In this document: one piece after another, positions 49,577 through 59,400 of the stretch
Layout of the letters: every line of letters begins with the position of its first letter
How positions within the stretch are numbered: position 1 is the stretch's first letter
Assembly: GCA_001818495.1 (NCBI GenBank)
Contig: MHKS01000005.1
Location: forward strand, 116,188 to 180,187
Origin: Candidatus Komeilibacteria bacterium RIFOXYD1_FULL_37_29
GTDB lineage: Bacteria > Patescibacteriota > Patescibacteriia > UBA1558 > GWA2-36-10
Reading direction: 5' to 3'
Length of the DNA: 64,000 nt
Translations under genes and position numbers: made by a program
Notes under the pieces: model-generated
Told to the model about the DNA's origin: nothing
Databases searched by the model: none
The model's input: only the letters and a program-made list of their open reading frames with translations

Positions 49577-51318
49577 AAAAGAAAATAAAAAAATTTCAAA
49601 GTAGCTTTGGTTTTTTGCTGATCGTTTTGACAGCAGTTTTTTTGTTGGCTTTTTCTGCTCAAGCCGCTAGTATTTATACTTATCCAACAACCGGGACTTA
49701 CCAATTGGGCGGCACTTTTTCTTTATCTGTTCATGTGTCTAGTCCCAATGAAGCTATTAATGCCATTTCTGGTACAATATCTTTTCCCAATGATAAATTG
49801 GAAGTAACATCTTTATCTAAAAATGGTTCAATAATAAGTCTATGGCCACAGGAGCCGGGATTTTCCAATACCAATGGTATAGTAAATTTTGAAGGTATAG
49901 TGTTAAATCCTGGATATACGGGATCAGCTGGTAAAATTTTGACAATTAATTTCAAAACTAAGGCGGTGGGTATAGCCAACATCAAGTTTAGTTCTGGATC
50001 TGTTTTGGCCAATGATGGACAAGGTACCAATGTTTTAGATAGCTTGGGAAGTACCAGTATGTCTATCGAGGTTCCTATCACTGGTCCAGCCGCCAGTGAA
50101 GCTACCAATTCACCGATCACAGTAGGTACACTACCGGCACCTCAAATCAAATCTTCTACTCATCAAAATCCAGATGCTTGGTATAATATCAATCAGCCGA
50201 GTTTTAGTTGGGAATTACCATCAGGGGTCAGCGGAGTAAGATTATTAGTTGGTGAAAAACCACAGGTCACGCCGACGGTTAATTATATACCAGCTATTTC
50301 TGAAAAAACTTTAGATGTGTTAGAAGATGGCCTTTGGTATTTTCATGTGCAGCTAAGAAATAGTGCTGGCTGGGGAGGCATAACTCATTTTAGGTTTCAA
50401 ATAGATACCAAAAATCCTGATAAATTTATTATTGAACCGCAAGTCGAAGATGATTTGACTAATCCGATCAGAAGATTTTTGTTACAAGCTGAAGACAGCG
50501 GATCGGGCATTGCTTATTTTGAAATTCAAATTGATGATAGCGAGTTAATGAAATGGGAAGATGACGGAAGTCATGTTTATCAGACACCAGCCTTAAAACC
50601 AGGCCGTCATACTTTAATTATTAAAGCAGTGGACCAGGCCGGAAACCACATTAGTAATTTTTCAGATTTTGTTATCAAACCGTTGGACAAGGTGGTGATT
50701 AGTAGTTATCCGCACCAGCTGTCTAGCAACGAAATATTTATAGTTAAAGGTAGTAGCTATCCAGATTCACAACTAATGATTTCATTGCAAAGGGAAGCAG
50801 CTACACCAAAGATCTATAATTTAAAAACAGATAGCCAAGGTTATTTTACTTTTGTGGCTGATGAAAAATTACGTGAGGGAGTTTATAAGTTATGGGCAGA
50901 AGCAGTAGACTCTCGGGGAGCGCGTAGTGATTCTTCTCAAGCCTTAACTATTTTAGTTGAGCCAACAAAGTTTTTGAAGTTTGGCACTATTACCATAGAC
51001 ATCCTATCAGTTTTAATACCGTTGATTACCTTGATATTTTCTTTTATAGTATTGTCTTGGTATAGTTGGTATAAATTGAAATCTATCAAAGTCAAGATGA
51101 GAAAAGATGTGGCCGGAGTTCACGATGTTTTGCAAAAAGAAATTAGGTTTTTAAAGATTCAGTTAAATAAGTATAGTAATATTATTAAAAAATCTAAAAA
51201 TAAAAGTAAATTAACTAAAGCTGAAGAAGAGGCCATCCAGGCTTTTGAAGAAGATATTCTAGATTCCATCAGTCGAGCAGACAAACACATTGCCGACATC
51301 CAAAAAGATCTTAGATAA
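49564..51318 (+). CDS. membrane-anchored cohesin-domain protein with extra Ig-like domains and cytoplasmic coiled-coil tail
   Basis: Signal peptide. Cohesin-like domain FSLSVHVSSPNEAINAISGTISFPNDKLEVTSL...NFEGIVLNPGYTGSAGKILTINFKTKAVGIANIKFSSGSVLANDGQGTNV. Beta-rich repeats, a TM helix (ILSVLIPLITLIFSFIVLSWY), and a ~90-aa charged heptad-like C-terminus. Confidence 0.55.
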   Translation: MEKIKKKIKKFQSSFGFLLIVLTAVFLLAFSAQAASIYTYPTTGTYQLGGTFSLSVHVSSPNEAINAISGTISFPNDKLEVTSLSKNGSIISLWPQEPGFSNTNGIVNFEGIVLNPGYTGSAGKILTINFKTKAVGIANIKFSSGSVLANDGQGTNVLDSLGSTSMSIEVPITGPAASEATNSPITVGTLPAPQIKSSTHQNPDAWYNINQPSFSWELPSGVSGVRLLVGEKPQVTPTVNYIPAISEKTLDVLEDGLWYFHVQLRNSAGWGGITHFRFQIDTKNPDKFIIEPQVEDDLTNPIRRFLLQAEDSGSGIAYFEIQIDDSELMKWEDDGSHVYQTPALKPGRHTLIIKAVDQAGNHISNFSDFVIKPLDKVVISSYPHQLSSNEIFIVKGSSYPDSQLMISLQREAATPKIYNLKTDSQGYFTFVADEKLREGVYKLWAEAVDSRGARSDSSQALTILVEPTKFLKFGTITIDILSVLIPLITLIFSFIVLSWYSWYKLKSIKVKMRKDVAGVHDVLQKEIRFLKIQLNKYSNIIKKSKNKSKLTKAEEEAIQAFEEDILDSISRADKHIADIQKDLR

Positions 51319-51383
51319 AATAAAAATAAGCTCAAAGTTAGAGCTTGTTTTTATTGTGATTTTACGCTAAAATTTATATACTT

Positions 51384-52334
51384 ATGAAGGGAAATAGGCC
51401 TAAAAAAATATTGGTTTCTGGTTCCATTGTTTATGATCGGATTATGAATTTTCCCGGTCTTTTTAAAGATCATATTTTGCCCGATCAAACGCATATTTTA
51501 AATGTTAGCTTTACTTTGGCTAGTACCAATGAAAGCTTTGGCGGTACAGCCGGCAATATTGCTTACAATTTATCCTTACTCAAAGAGCCAGTAGTTTTAC
51601 TTGGTTTAGTCGGTAGTGATTTTGAGCGTTACCGGAAGTGGCTTCAGAAAAATCGAGTAGATTTTTCTTATGTTAGAAAAGTAAAAAATACTCCGACGGC
51701 TTCCGCTTATATTATGACCGATCAGGCTGACAATCAGATTTCCGGGTTTTATCCTGGCCCAGCTGATGTGGATTATTGCGCTTTGGTTAGAAAAATAAAA
51801 AATCCGGCTCTAGCAATTGTTTCACCGGATTTTAAACCGCGCATGATCGAGTATGTCAGATTGTATAAAGAGCTGGGCATAGATTATATTTTTGATCCCG
51901 GTCAGCAAATTACTTCTTTTACGACTTTTGAACTGCGCCAATTAATTAGTGGTGCCAAAGTACTAATTGGTAATGATTATGAAATAAAATTGATCTTGAA
52001 TAAACTAAAAACTGATTTGGATAAATTGCAAAAATTGGTGGAGATACTAGTAGTGACCAAAGGCGCCCTCGGTTCGCAGATATATTTTAAAGATGAGCGG
52101 ATTGATATCGATCCCGTTAAGGTCAAAGAGGCGCTTGATCCCACTGGGGCTGGTGATGCTTATCGGGCTGGACTGATCAAAGGGCTACTTAGTGGAGCTG
52201 GTCTAGAAAAAGCCGGACGTCTGGCCAGTACGGTAGCGGCTTATACAGTGGAAGCACTTGGTACGCAAACCCATCATTTTACTTTAAAAGAATTTACTAA
52301 TCGCTATAAACAAAATTATGAAATACGACGTTAA
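51384..52334 (+). CDS. PfkB-family carbohydrate/nucleoside kinase (likely adenosine kinase)
   Basis: C-terminal [12 protein letters not shown] is the ribokinase-family anion hole. It overlaps the downstream adenosylhomocysteinase gene. Confidence 0.7.
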   Translation: MKGNRPKKILVSGSIVYDRIMNFPGLFKDHILPDQTHILNVSFTLASTNESFGGTAGNIAYNLSLLKEPVVLLGLVGSDFERYRKWLQKNRVDFSYVRKVKNTPTASAYIMTDQADNQISGFYPGPADVDYCALVRKIKNPALAIVSPDFKPRMIEYVRLYKELGIDYIFDPGQQITSFTTFELRQLISGAKVLIGNDYEIKLILNKLKTDLDKLQKLVEILVVTKGALGSQIYFKDERIDIDPVKVKEALDPTGAGDAYRAGLIKGLLSGAGLEKAGRLASTVAAYTVEALGTQTHHFTLKEFTNRYKQNYEIRR

Positions 52335-53574
52335 AAATTTAAAACTAGCCGAGCTCGGTAAAAAAAGAATAGAATGGGCCGACAACGATATGCCGGTTTT
52401 ACAAAATGTCCGCGCCAAGTTTGCCAAAACCAAACCTTTCAAAGGGCAAAAAATGTCCGCTTGTCTTCATGTGACCGCTGAAACCGCCAATTTAGTCCGG
52501 ACATTAAAAGCTGGTGGGGCTGATATATTACTAGTGGCTTCCAATCCTTTGTCTACTCAAGATGACGTGGCGGCTGCTTTGGTTAAATATTATAAAATAC
52601 CAGTGATGGCGATTCGCGGTGAAGACAAAAATACTTATTACCAGCATTTAAACGCTGCTCTTAAACATAAGCCAGTTATTACTATGGATGATGGGGCAGA
52701 TTTGATATCGCTTTTACATAGTAAGTACAAAGCCTGGGCACCAAATATCAAAGGATCAATGGAAGAAACTACTACTGGCGTTATCCGTCTCAAAGCCATG
52801 GAAGCTGAGGGTAAACTAAATTTACCGGTCATTGCTGTAAATGATGCTCAGACCAAAAATATGTTTGATAATCGCTACGGCACCGGTCAATCAACAGTCG
52901 ATGGCATTATTCGCGCTACCGATATACTCTTGGCCGGTAAATATGTAGTAGCTGCTGGCTATGGTTGGTGTGGTCGGGGTTTTGCAATGCGCGCTCGTGG
53001 TATGGGAGCTAAAGTAATTGTTACTGAGGTCAATAAAATTAAAGCCTTAGAAGCAGCCATGGATGGTTTTGATGTTATGCCCATAAAAGCCGCTGCCAAG
53101 ATCGGTGATTTATTTTGTACTTTGACTGGCGATATCCATGTACTGAGAGCTGAGCATTTTAAATTGATGAAAGATGGAGCGATAGTTTGTAATTCTGGAC
53201 ATTTTGATGTAGAGATTGATATCAAGGCGCTTAAAAAATTATCTTCCAAAGTGAGAAAAGGCGTTCGAAATTTTGTGGATGAGTATACTGTTGGTAAAAA
53301 AAGAATTTTTGTTTTAGCTGATGGGAGGTTAATCAATCTAGCCGCCGCTGAAGGTCATCCAGCTAGTGTTATGGATATGAGTTTTTCTACTCAAGCTTTG
53401 GCTAGCGAGTATGTCGCTAGAAATTATAAACAATTAGACAATAAAGTTTATTATGTACCGCAGAATATCGAAGAGACGGTAGCCGATTTAAAATTAAAAG
53501 CCATGAAGATTGCTATAGATAAGCTGACTCCAGAGCAAGAGAAATACCTGGCTTCTTGGAGTATTGGTACCTAA
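52318..53574 (+). CDS. ahcY: adenosylhomocysteinase
   Basis: [28 protein letters not shown], an NAD-binding domain ([25 protein letters not shown]), and C-terminal ...[10 protein letters not shown]. Confidence 0.9.
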   Translation: MKYDVKNLKLAELGKKRIEWADNDMPVLQNVRAKFAKTKPFKGQKMSACLHVTAETANLVRTLKAGGADILLVASNPLSTQDDVAAALVKYYKIPVMAIRGEDKNTYYQHLNAALKHKPVITMDDGADLISLLHSKYKAWAPNIKGSMEETTTGVIRLKAMEAEGKLNLPVIAVNDAQTKNMFDNRYGTGQSTVDGIIRATDILLAGKYVVAAGYGWCGRGFAMRARGMGAKVIVTEVNKIKALEAAMDGFDVMPIKAAAKIGDLFCTLTGDIHVLRAEHFKLMKDGAIVCNSGHFDVEIDIKALKKLSSKVRKGVRNFVDEYTVGKKRIFVLADGRLINLAAAEGHPASVMDMSFSTQALASEYVARNYKQLDNKVYYVPQNIEETVADLKLKAMKIAIDKLTPEQEKYLASWSIGT

Positions 53575-53582
53575 AAGATCGT

Positions 53583-54302
53583 ATGGAAAATCAAAGACAT
53601 AATCCAGATTATATTCATCATCAAGATTCTAAGATAGTGTCTGCTATTAGAGAAGTAGTTTTTGGTGTAGAAGACGGCATGGTTTCTACCTTGGGAGCCA
53701 TTTCTGGTATAGCAGTTGGTAGTCAAGACAGATTCGCTGTGATTTTGGCTGGTTGTGTCATTATTGCTGTGGAGTCAATTTCTATGGGTATCGGGTCTTA
53801 TATTTCCAATTTATCCGATAAGGATATTAAGAAACGTAAGTTGTATGAAGAGAAAATAGAAATAGAAAAATATCCAGTCGAAGAGGCTAGGGAGCTGACC
53901 GAGATGTATATAGAAGATGGCTGGCCAAAAAATTTGGCTGAAGAGATGTCTCTTATTGCTTCTAAAAATAAAAAATTGATGCTTCAAGAAATGGCCTATC
54001 GAGAATTAAATTTGCCGCCACAAGATCATAGTCATCCTTTGCGAAATGGGGTATTTATGTTCTTGGCTTATATTGTTGGTGGTTTGATTCCTCTTTTAGC
54101 TTATTTTTTCTTACCATTGTCTGTGGCTACATTTTTATCAGTGGTGGTTACTTTGTTCGGACTATTTTTATTAGGCGTTGCCACTACCAGATATACCAAG
54201 AAAAATTGGATTAAGGCTGGTTTGAAAATATTTGTTTTAGGTAGTGTCGCTTTGGCCGTCGGATTAGCAATTGGTAAATTAGTCAATATTATCAATACTT
54301 AA
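53583..54302 (+). CDS. VIT1/CCC1-family metal (Fe/Mn) transporter
   Basis: The family signature VVFGVEDGMVSTLGAISGIAVG is present, along with 5 TM helices and a cytosolic helical loop. The start is set after the ahcY stop. Confidence 0.6.
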   Translation: MENQRHNPDYIHHQDSKIVSAIREVVFGVEDGMVSTLGAISGIAVGSQDRFAVILAGCVIIAVESISMGIGSYISNLSDKDIKKRKLYEEKIEIEKYPVEEARELTEMYIEDGWPKNLAEEMSLIASKNKKLMLQEMAYRELNLPPQDHSHPLRNGVFMFLAYIVGGLIPLLAYFFLPLSVATFLSVVVTLFGLFLLGVATTRYTKKNWIKAGLKIFVLGSVALAVGLAIGKLVNIINT

Positions 54303-54333
54303 TATATAATTTAATTAATTTAACCATAAATCT

Positions 54334-55266
54334 ATGTCTAAAAATGATTCAGCAAAATATGCATTTTTTTACGTACTTTCTTTGGTAGCCCTGGTCTTTA
54401 TGTCAGTTTCAGTTGGTATTATCTTTTTTCAGATCATCAACAAAGAAATCGTCGATCTAATTAATCAATACAATGGAGTATATAACGATAGCGCTATGAA
54501 ATTTGCTATTTCAGCTATTATTATTTCTGCGCCCATTTATTATTTCACCAGCCGACAGATTTATAAACACCTCAGGCAGGGTACGCTCAGTGAAGAAGCT
54601 AGCGTCCGTAAGTGGTTTACTTACTTGATACTACTAGTAGCCATCATAGTAATGATTATTTGGTTAATTACCACCATCAATGGATTTTTATCTGGAGAGT
54701 TAACTACCAAAGCCATACTTAAAGCTGTGGTCGCTTTACTTATTTCCGGCATTACTTTTTCCTTTTATTTTTATGATATTAAAAGGGAAAATATTCAAGG
54801 CAAAAAGGACAAGGTTTTACAAATTTATTTTTATGGCTCTTTGTTAGTAGTTTTAGTGGCTTTTGCTATATCCATTTTTGTAGTAGATTCACCGGCTGAA
54901 ACTAGAAAGATGAAATTGGACGAACGGGTAATCAATAGTTTTTATCAGATTGATTCAGGCGTCAATAATTATTATGTTAAATATAGTAAGATGCCGGAGA
55001 GTATAGTTCAAATCAAAGAGGAATCAAATTATTTGACTGATGAGGAATTCAAAAATCCTATTACCAATGAGGTTTATGAATATAAGGCCATAGGAGAAGA
55101 TGAATATCAGCTTTGCACAACTTTCCAGTATTCTAGCAAAGACCGAGTAGCTCAACCTTATGATTATTATAATGCTGATAAAATGTGGTTACATGATGCC
55201 GGTTATCAATGTTTGAATCAAAAGGTAAACCCAGTTTTAAAAAATGAACCATTGCCAGTTAAATAA
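54334..55266 (+). CDS. hypothetical membrane protein
   Basis: 310 aa with 4-5 TM helices and a C-terminal soluble domain; no recognisable family. Confidence 0.4.
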   Translation: MSKNDSAKYAFFYVLSLVALVFMSVSVGIIFFQIINKEIVDLINQYNGVYNDSAMKFAISAIIISAPIYYFTSRQIYKHLRQGTLSEEASVRKWFTYLILLVAIIVMIIWLITTINGFLSGELTTKAILKAVVALLISGITFSFYFYDIKRENIQGKKDKVLQIYFYGSLLVVLVAFAISIFVVDSPAETRKMKLDERVINSFYQIDSGVNNYYVKYSKMPESIVQIKEESNYLTDEEFKNPITNEVYEYKAIGEDEYQLCTTFQYSSKDRVAQPYDYYNADKMWLHDAGYQCLNQKVNPVLKNEPLPVK

Positions 55267-55724
55267 TGTCTCAAGCCTATTTAAAATCCCCGATGGGGGT
55301 ACTAGAAATTGTCGCTGATGATAAAAATATTCTGGCCGTCAATTTTGTAAAAACATCCAAACAGGAAAAAAACAACGCACTGACCAAACAGTGCGTTGTT
55401 CAGCTGAAAGAATATTTTGCCGGCCGACGTAAAATTTTTGATTTACCAATAAAATTGTCAGGCACGGTTTGGCAGCAGGCAGTTTATTTAGTCTTATCAA
55501 AAGTTCCCTATGCCAGTATTATTTCTTACGCTGATCTAGCCACTATGGTCGCAAATAGTGGTGCGGCCAGAGCAGTTGGAGGAGCAGTCAATAAAAATCC
55601 ACTGACCATCATTATCCCTTGCCATCGAGTTTTAGGAAGTAAGGGGCAACTAGTTGGTTATGCTGGCGGTTTGTGGCGTAAAAAGCGTTTATTGGAGCTA
55701 GAACAAGCTTTTGACTTATCATAA
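55266..55724 (+). CDS. ogt: methylated-DNA--protein-cysteine methyltransferase
   Basis: Active-site IIPCHRVLG (PCHRV) and a helix-turn-helix with YADLA. Confidence 0.8.
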   Translation: MSQAYLKSPMGVLEIVADDKNILAVNFVKTSKQEKNNALTKQCVVQLKEYFAGRRKIFDLPIKLSGTVWQQAVYLVLSKVPYASIISYADLATMVANSGAARAVGGAVNKNPLTIIIPCHRVLGSKGQLVGYAGGLWRKKRLLELEQAFDLS

Positions 55725-55745
55725 ATTTTACCCTAAGATTAGGAC

Positions 55746-57530
55746 ATGAATCCAGTAGAGGAAATAAAAAGTAAGCTAGATATCGTTGATATTATCTCTT
55801 CGTATATCAACCTACAGTCAGCTAACGGCAACTTTAAGGCGGTTTGTCCTTTTCACAATGAAAAAACCCCTAGTTTTATGGTGTCTCGAGAAAAGCAGAT
55901 TTGGCATTGCTTTGGTTGTGATAAAGGCGGCGATGTGATTGGTTTTGTCCAGGAGTATGAAGGCATAGATTTTAAAGAGGCCTTACGTATTTTGGCCGAG
56001 AAAGCCAATGTGCCATTAGTCAATTTTCAATCAGCTGTCAAAGAAGATAATAGTCGCCTCTATCAGATCAATGAAAAAGCATCTGATTTTTTTTGTAGTA
56101 TATTGGAGACAGATAGTGAAGCTAGTAGAAAAACTTTGGGTTATCTACAGGGTCGCCAGATCAAAGATAGTAGTATTAAAGAATGGCGTTTGGGTCTTTC
56201 ATCAGAATCTTGGGATGGATTACTAAAACATTTGACCACAACTGGCTATAGAGAAGAAGATATTTTTAAAGCCGGATTAATAGTCAAGAAAAAAGACGGC
56301 AGTGGTTATGTGGATCGTTTTAGAAAGCGTTTGATGTTTCCCTTAGCCGATACGCAGGGGCGGATAGTGGCTTTTACTTCTCGGTCCTTAGCGGGGATTA
56401 TTTATAACGAAGAAGAACAGGGTGGTAAATATGTGAATAGTCCGCAGACAGCTATTTATGATAAGAGCAAAACACTCTATGGTTGGCATTTGGCCAAAGA
56501 GACCATGCGCAAAAAAAAGTATTTAATTGTCGTAGAGGGAAATATGGACACCATTGCTGTTCATCAGACCAGTGCTAAAAATACTGTAGCAGTTTCTGGC
56601 ACCGCTCTGACTTTGGATCATATCAAGCTGATTAAGCGCTATGTCAACAATGTTATCTTGTCTTTTGATGGTGACGCGGCTGGTTCGCGTGCTTCTTTTC
56701 GATCTATTGCTTTATGCTGGCAGGAGGATATGAATGTTAAAATTTTGGTTTTACCCAAAGGTAAGGATCCAGCTGATGTTGTCAAAGATAATCCGGACGA
56801 GTGGTTACAACTGATAAAAAATTCTATGCCGGTGATGGATTATTATTTTAAAAGAATTTTTCAGGCTATTGATATCAGTCGGGCTGATCATAAAAAAGTA
56901 GCTGTTCAAAAATTGTTGCCGGTGATCAAATATATCAACAAAATAGAGCAGAGCCATTATTTGAAAAAATTATCAGAAAAATTGTCTGTGCCTCTCCATA
57001 TCTTGGAACAAGGTTTGGAAGACATTGATCCTTTTTTGGCCAAGCAGGATGAGGTCATACAAAAAAATGTTCAGGATAAAAAAAATTCTTTGTCTCTTTT
57101 GTCTGAAAAGATTTTGATTATTACTTTTTTTAAGAATCAGTATTTAGAAAAAATGATAACCGAGCTAGATCCAGAGATGATTAGTGAGGCCTTACAGGGG
57201 CTTTACAAAAAAGTCATTGTTTATTATACTAAGCATCAGAATTTGGAAAAATTTGGTGATTTTGAAGAACTAAGCCCAACTGAGAAGGAAGATTGGATTA
57301 GACTGGTAATGTCGGGCGCTGTTTATTATGAAAATTTCAAAGAAACCGATATTGCCAATGATTTCCAAAATTTTGTCTCCAGAATTAAGAGAGAATATCT
57401 AGAAAACAAAAGAAATATTTTAATCGGTCAGCTTCGGCAAGCCGAATTGTCTGATGATCACTTAAAACAAGACGATCTTTCTCATCAAATAAACTTAATT
57501 AATAAAGAGGTTTATAAATTACAGAGCTAA
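55746..57530 (+). CDS. dnaG: DNA primase DnaG
   Basis: Zinc ribbon CPFHNEKTPSFMV...WHCFGC, and a TOPRIM domain (LIVVEGNMDTIA...SFDGDAAG). Confidence 0.9.
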   Translation: MNPVEEIKSKLDIVDIISSYINLQSANGNFKAVCPFHNEKTPSFMVSREKQIWHCFGCDKGGDVIGFVQEYEGIDFKEALRILAEKANVPLVNFQSAVKEDNSRLYQINEKASDFFCSILETDSEASRKTLGYLQGRQIKDSSIKEWRLGLSSESWDGLLKHLTTTGYREEDIFKAGLIVKKKDGSGYVDRFRKRLMFPLADTQGRIVAFTSRSLAGIIYNEEEQGGKYVNSPQTAIYDKSKTLYGWHLAKETMRKKKYLIVVEGNMDTIAVHQTSAKNTVAVSGTALTLDHIKLIKRYVNNVILSFDGDAAGSRASFRSIALCWQEDMNVKILVLPKGKDPADVVKDNPDEWLQLIKNSMPVMDYYFKRIFQAIDISRADHKKVAVQKLLPVIKYINKIEQSHYLKKLSEKLSVPLHILEQGLEDIDPFLAKQDEVIQKNVQDKKNSLSLLSEKILIITFFKNQYLEKMITELDPEMISEALQGLYKKVIVYYTKHQNLEKFGDFEELSPTEKEDWIRLVMSGAVYYENFKETDIANDFQNFVSRIKREYLENKRNILIGQLRQAELSDDHLKQDDLSHQINLINKEVYKLQS

Positions 57531-57533
57531 AAA

Positions 57534-58871
57534 ATGCCTGTGAAAAAAACTACAACTAAAAAAAAGGCTGTAAAAAATACAGCCACCAATAACACTAGTA
57601 AAAAAACTAGTGTCAGCAAACCTACCAAGGTACGAAAAATAGCTAGCCACAAAAAGCCAGCTGTTAAAAAATACATAGCTAAAAAAGCTATAAGCTCACG
57701 CCCTCAGACGCGTGAAAAAATCACTAAAAAGTACAAAGCTAGTCCAGCTAAAAAATTTGTTCCCAAGATCAAGGCGCCGAAGTACAAATTAAACGACGAG
57801 GCCGTTGATCTACTAATCAAAAAAGGACACTCTCGAGGTTTTATTACAGAAAATGAAGTGCTTCGGGTTTTTGCTAATCTAGAAGATTATGTACCAAGCC
57901 TGGAGGAACTGCTAGATCGCCTAGAAGACATCGGTATTCAAGTGGTGGCTACCGAAGGTAATATTTTGGATATGGCCACGGACAATTCCGCGCTTTTGTC
58001 TAAATCCGGTGTGGGTAGCGATAGTAAGCGTGGTGATTTAACTGATATTGCGGCTGATTCTATTCAGATGTATTTAAGAGAAATTGGCAAAGTGCCACTT
58101 TTAAAATCCGAAGAGGAAATGGCCTTAGCCAAACGCAAGGAAAAAGGCGAATTGGAAGCCAAGAAAAAGTTGATTGAAGCCAATTTGCGTTTGGTGGTAT
58201 CTATTGCCAAAAAATTTACTGGACGGTCTCTCACTTTACTAGATCTTATCCAAGAGGGAAATATTGGTTTATTTAGAGCAGTGGAAAAATTTGATTATCG
58301 CAAGGGTTACAAATTTTCTACTTATGCTACTTGGTGGATTCGTCAGGCTATTACTCGAGCTTTGGCTGATCAGTCTAGGACTATTCGTATTCCGGTCCAT
58401 ATGGTAGAAACTATTAATCGTTTCAATCAAGTGGAGCGTCGCTTGGTCCAAGAATTGGGTCGTGATCCACTGCCTGAAGAAATAGCGGCTGAGATGGGAG
58501 AAGATGTTGATAAAATTCGCCAGATTATAAAAATATCTCAGGAGACAGTGTCGCTTGAAGCTTCAGTCGGTGATGATGATGAAGACAGTACACTGGGGGA
58601 TTTTATTGAAGATGAAAAAAACATTGGTCCAGACCGTGTGGCTGCCTTAAAACTTTTAGGTGATCATGTCCGCAAGGTGATTAGTGATCTAACACCCCGT
58701 GAACAGAAAATACTAGAGATGCGATTTGGTTTATCAGATGGAGTAGCTCATACTTTGGAAGAGGTTGGTCAAGAATTTGGAGTAACTAGAGAGCGCATTA
58801 GACAAATTGAAGCCAAAGCTCTAGAAAGAATCAAAAAACACGAAGATATGAGAAAACTAAGAGATTATTAG
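57534..58871 (+). CDS. rpoD: RNA polymerase sigma-70 factor RpoD with K-rich N-terminal extension
   Basis: Region 2 ([39 protein letters not shown]), region 4 ([24 protein letters not shown]); the N-terminal ~80 aa are lysine-rich and low-complexity. Confidence 0.9.
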   Translation: MPVKKTTTKKKAVKNTATNNTSKKTSVSKPTKVRKIASHKKPAVKKYIAKKAISSRPQTREKITKKYKASPAKKFVPKIKAPKYKLNDEAVDLLIKKGHSRGFITENEVLRVFANLEDYVPSLEELLDRLEDIGIQVVATEGNILDMATDNSALLSKSGVGSDSKRGDLTDIAADSIQMYLREIGKVPLLKSEEEMALAKRKEKGELEAKKKLIEANLRLVVSIAKKFTGRSLTLLDLIQEGNIGLFRAVEKFDYRKGYKFSTYATWWIRQAITRALADQSRTIRIPVHMVETINRFNQVERRLVQELGRDPLPEEIAAEMGEDVDKIRQIIKISQETVSLEASVGDDDEDSTLGDFIEDEKNIGPDRVAALKLLGDHVRKVISDLTPREQKILEMRFGLSDGVAHTLEEVGQEFGVTRERIRQIEAKALERIKKHEDMRKLRDY

Positions 58872-58935
58872 GTTCATAAAATAGCCCGAGATGGGCTATT
58901 TTATGAAGTGAGCTTTTTATGATATTATAAAGTAT

Positions 58936-59394
58936 ATGTTTATTACCCCACATACATCACTAGCTTTGTGGATTAGTACCAGGATTACTGATCCGCTTTT
59001 GGCTTTTATTTTGGGTGTAGTATCACATTTTGTCTTGGATATTATTCCCCATGGTGACGAACAGTTGGGCAGGCACATTAAAGACAAAAAGCAGAGATTT
59101 ATCTATTTTATAAAGGTAGCGACAGTTGATCTAGCTTTAGCTATTTTGCTTTTATATTTTTTTGTCGCCCATGGTCCGATAGTTAATTATTATGTTTTAG
59201 CTTCGGCTGTTTTTGGCACTTGGATACCAGATTTTAGCTGGATCGCTATAGAGTATTTTAAGTTAAACAAGTTTTATTGGTATATAGTTTATCATGAAAG
59301 GGTTCATCGGCTGATTAATTGGCAATACTCTATAGTTTACGGGGTGCCTTTTCAAATTATTGTTACTTTGTCTGTATTAAAAATATCTTTTTAA
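58936..59394 (+). CDS. possible membrane-bound metal-dependent hydrolase (DUF457/YdjM-like)
   Basis: SHFVLDIIPHGDE motif (H..xD...H) at the end of a TM helix; 152 aa. Confidence 0.3.
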   Translation: MFITPHTSLALWISTRITDPLLAFILGVVSHFVLDIIPHGDEQLGRHIKDKKQRFIYFIKVATVDLALAILLLYFFVAHGPIVNYYVLASAVFGTWIPDFSWIAIEYFKLNKFYWYIVYHERVHRLINWQYSIVYGVPFQIIVTLSVLKISF

Positions 59395-59400
59395 TAGCTT

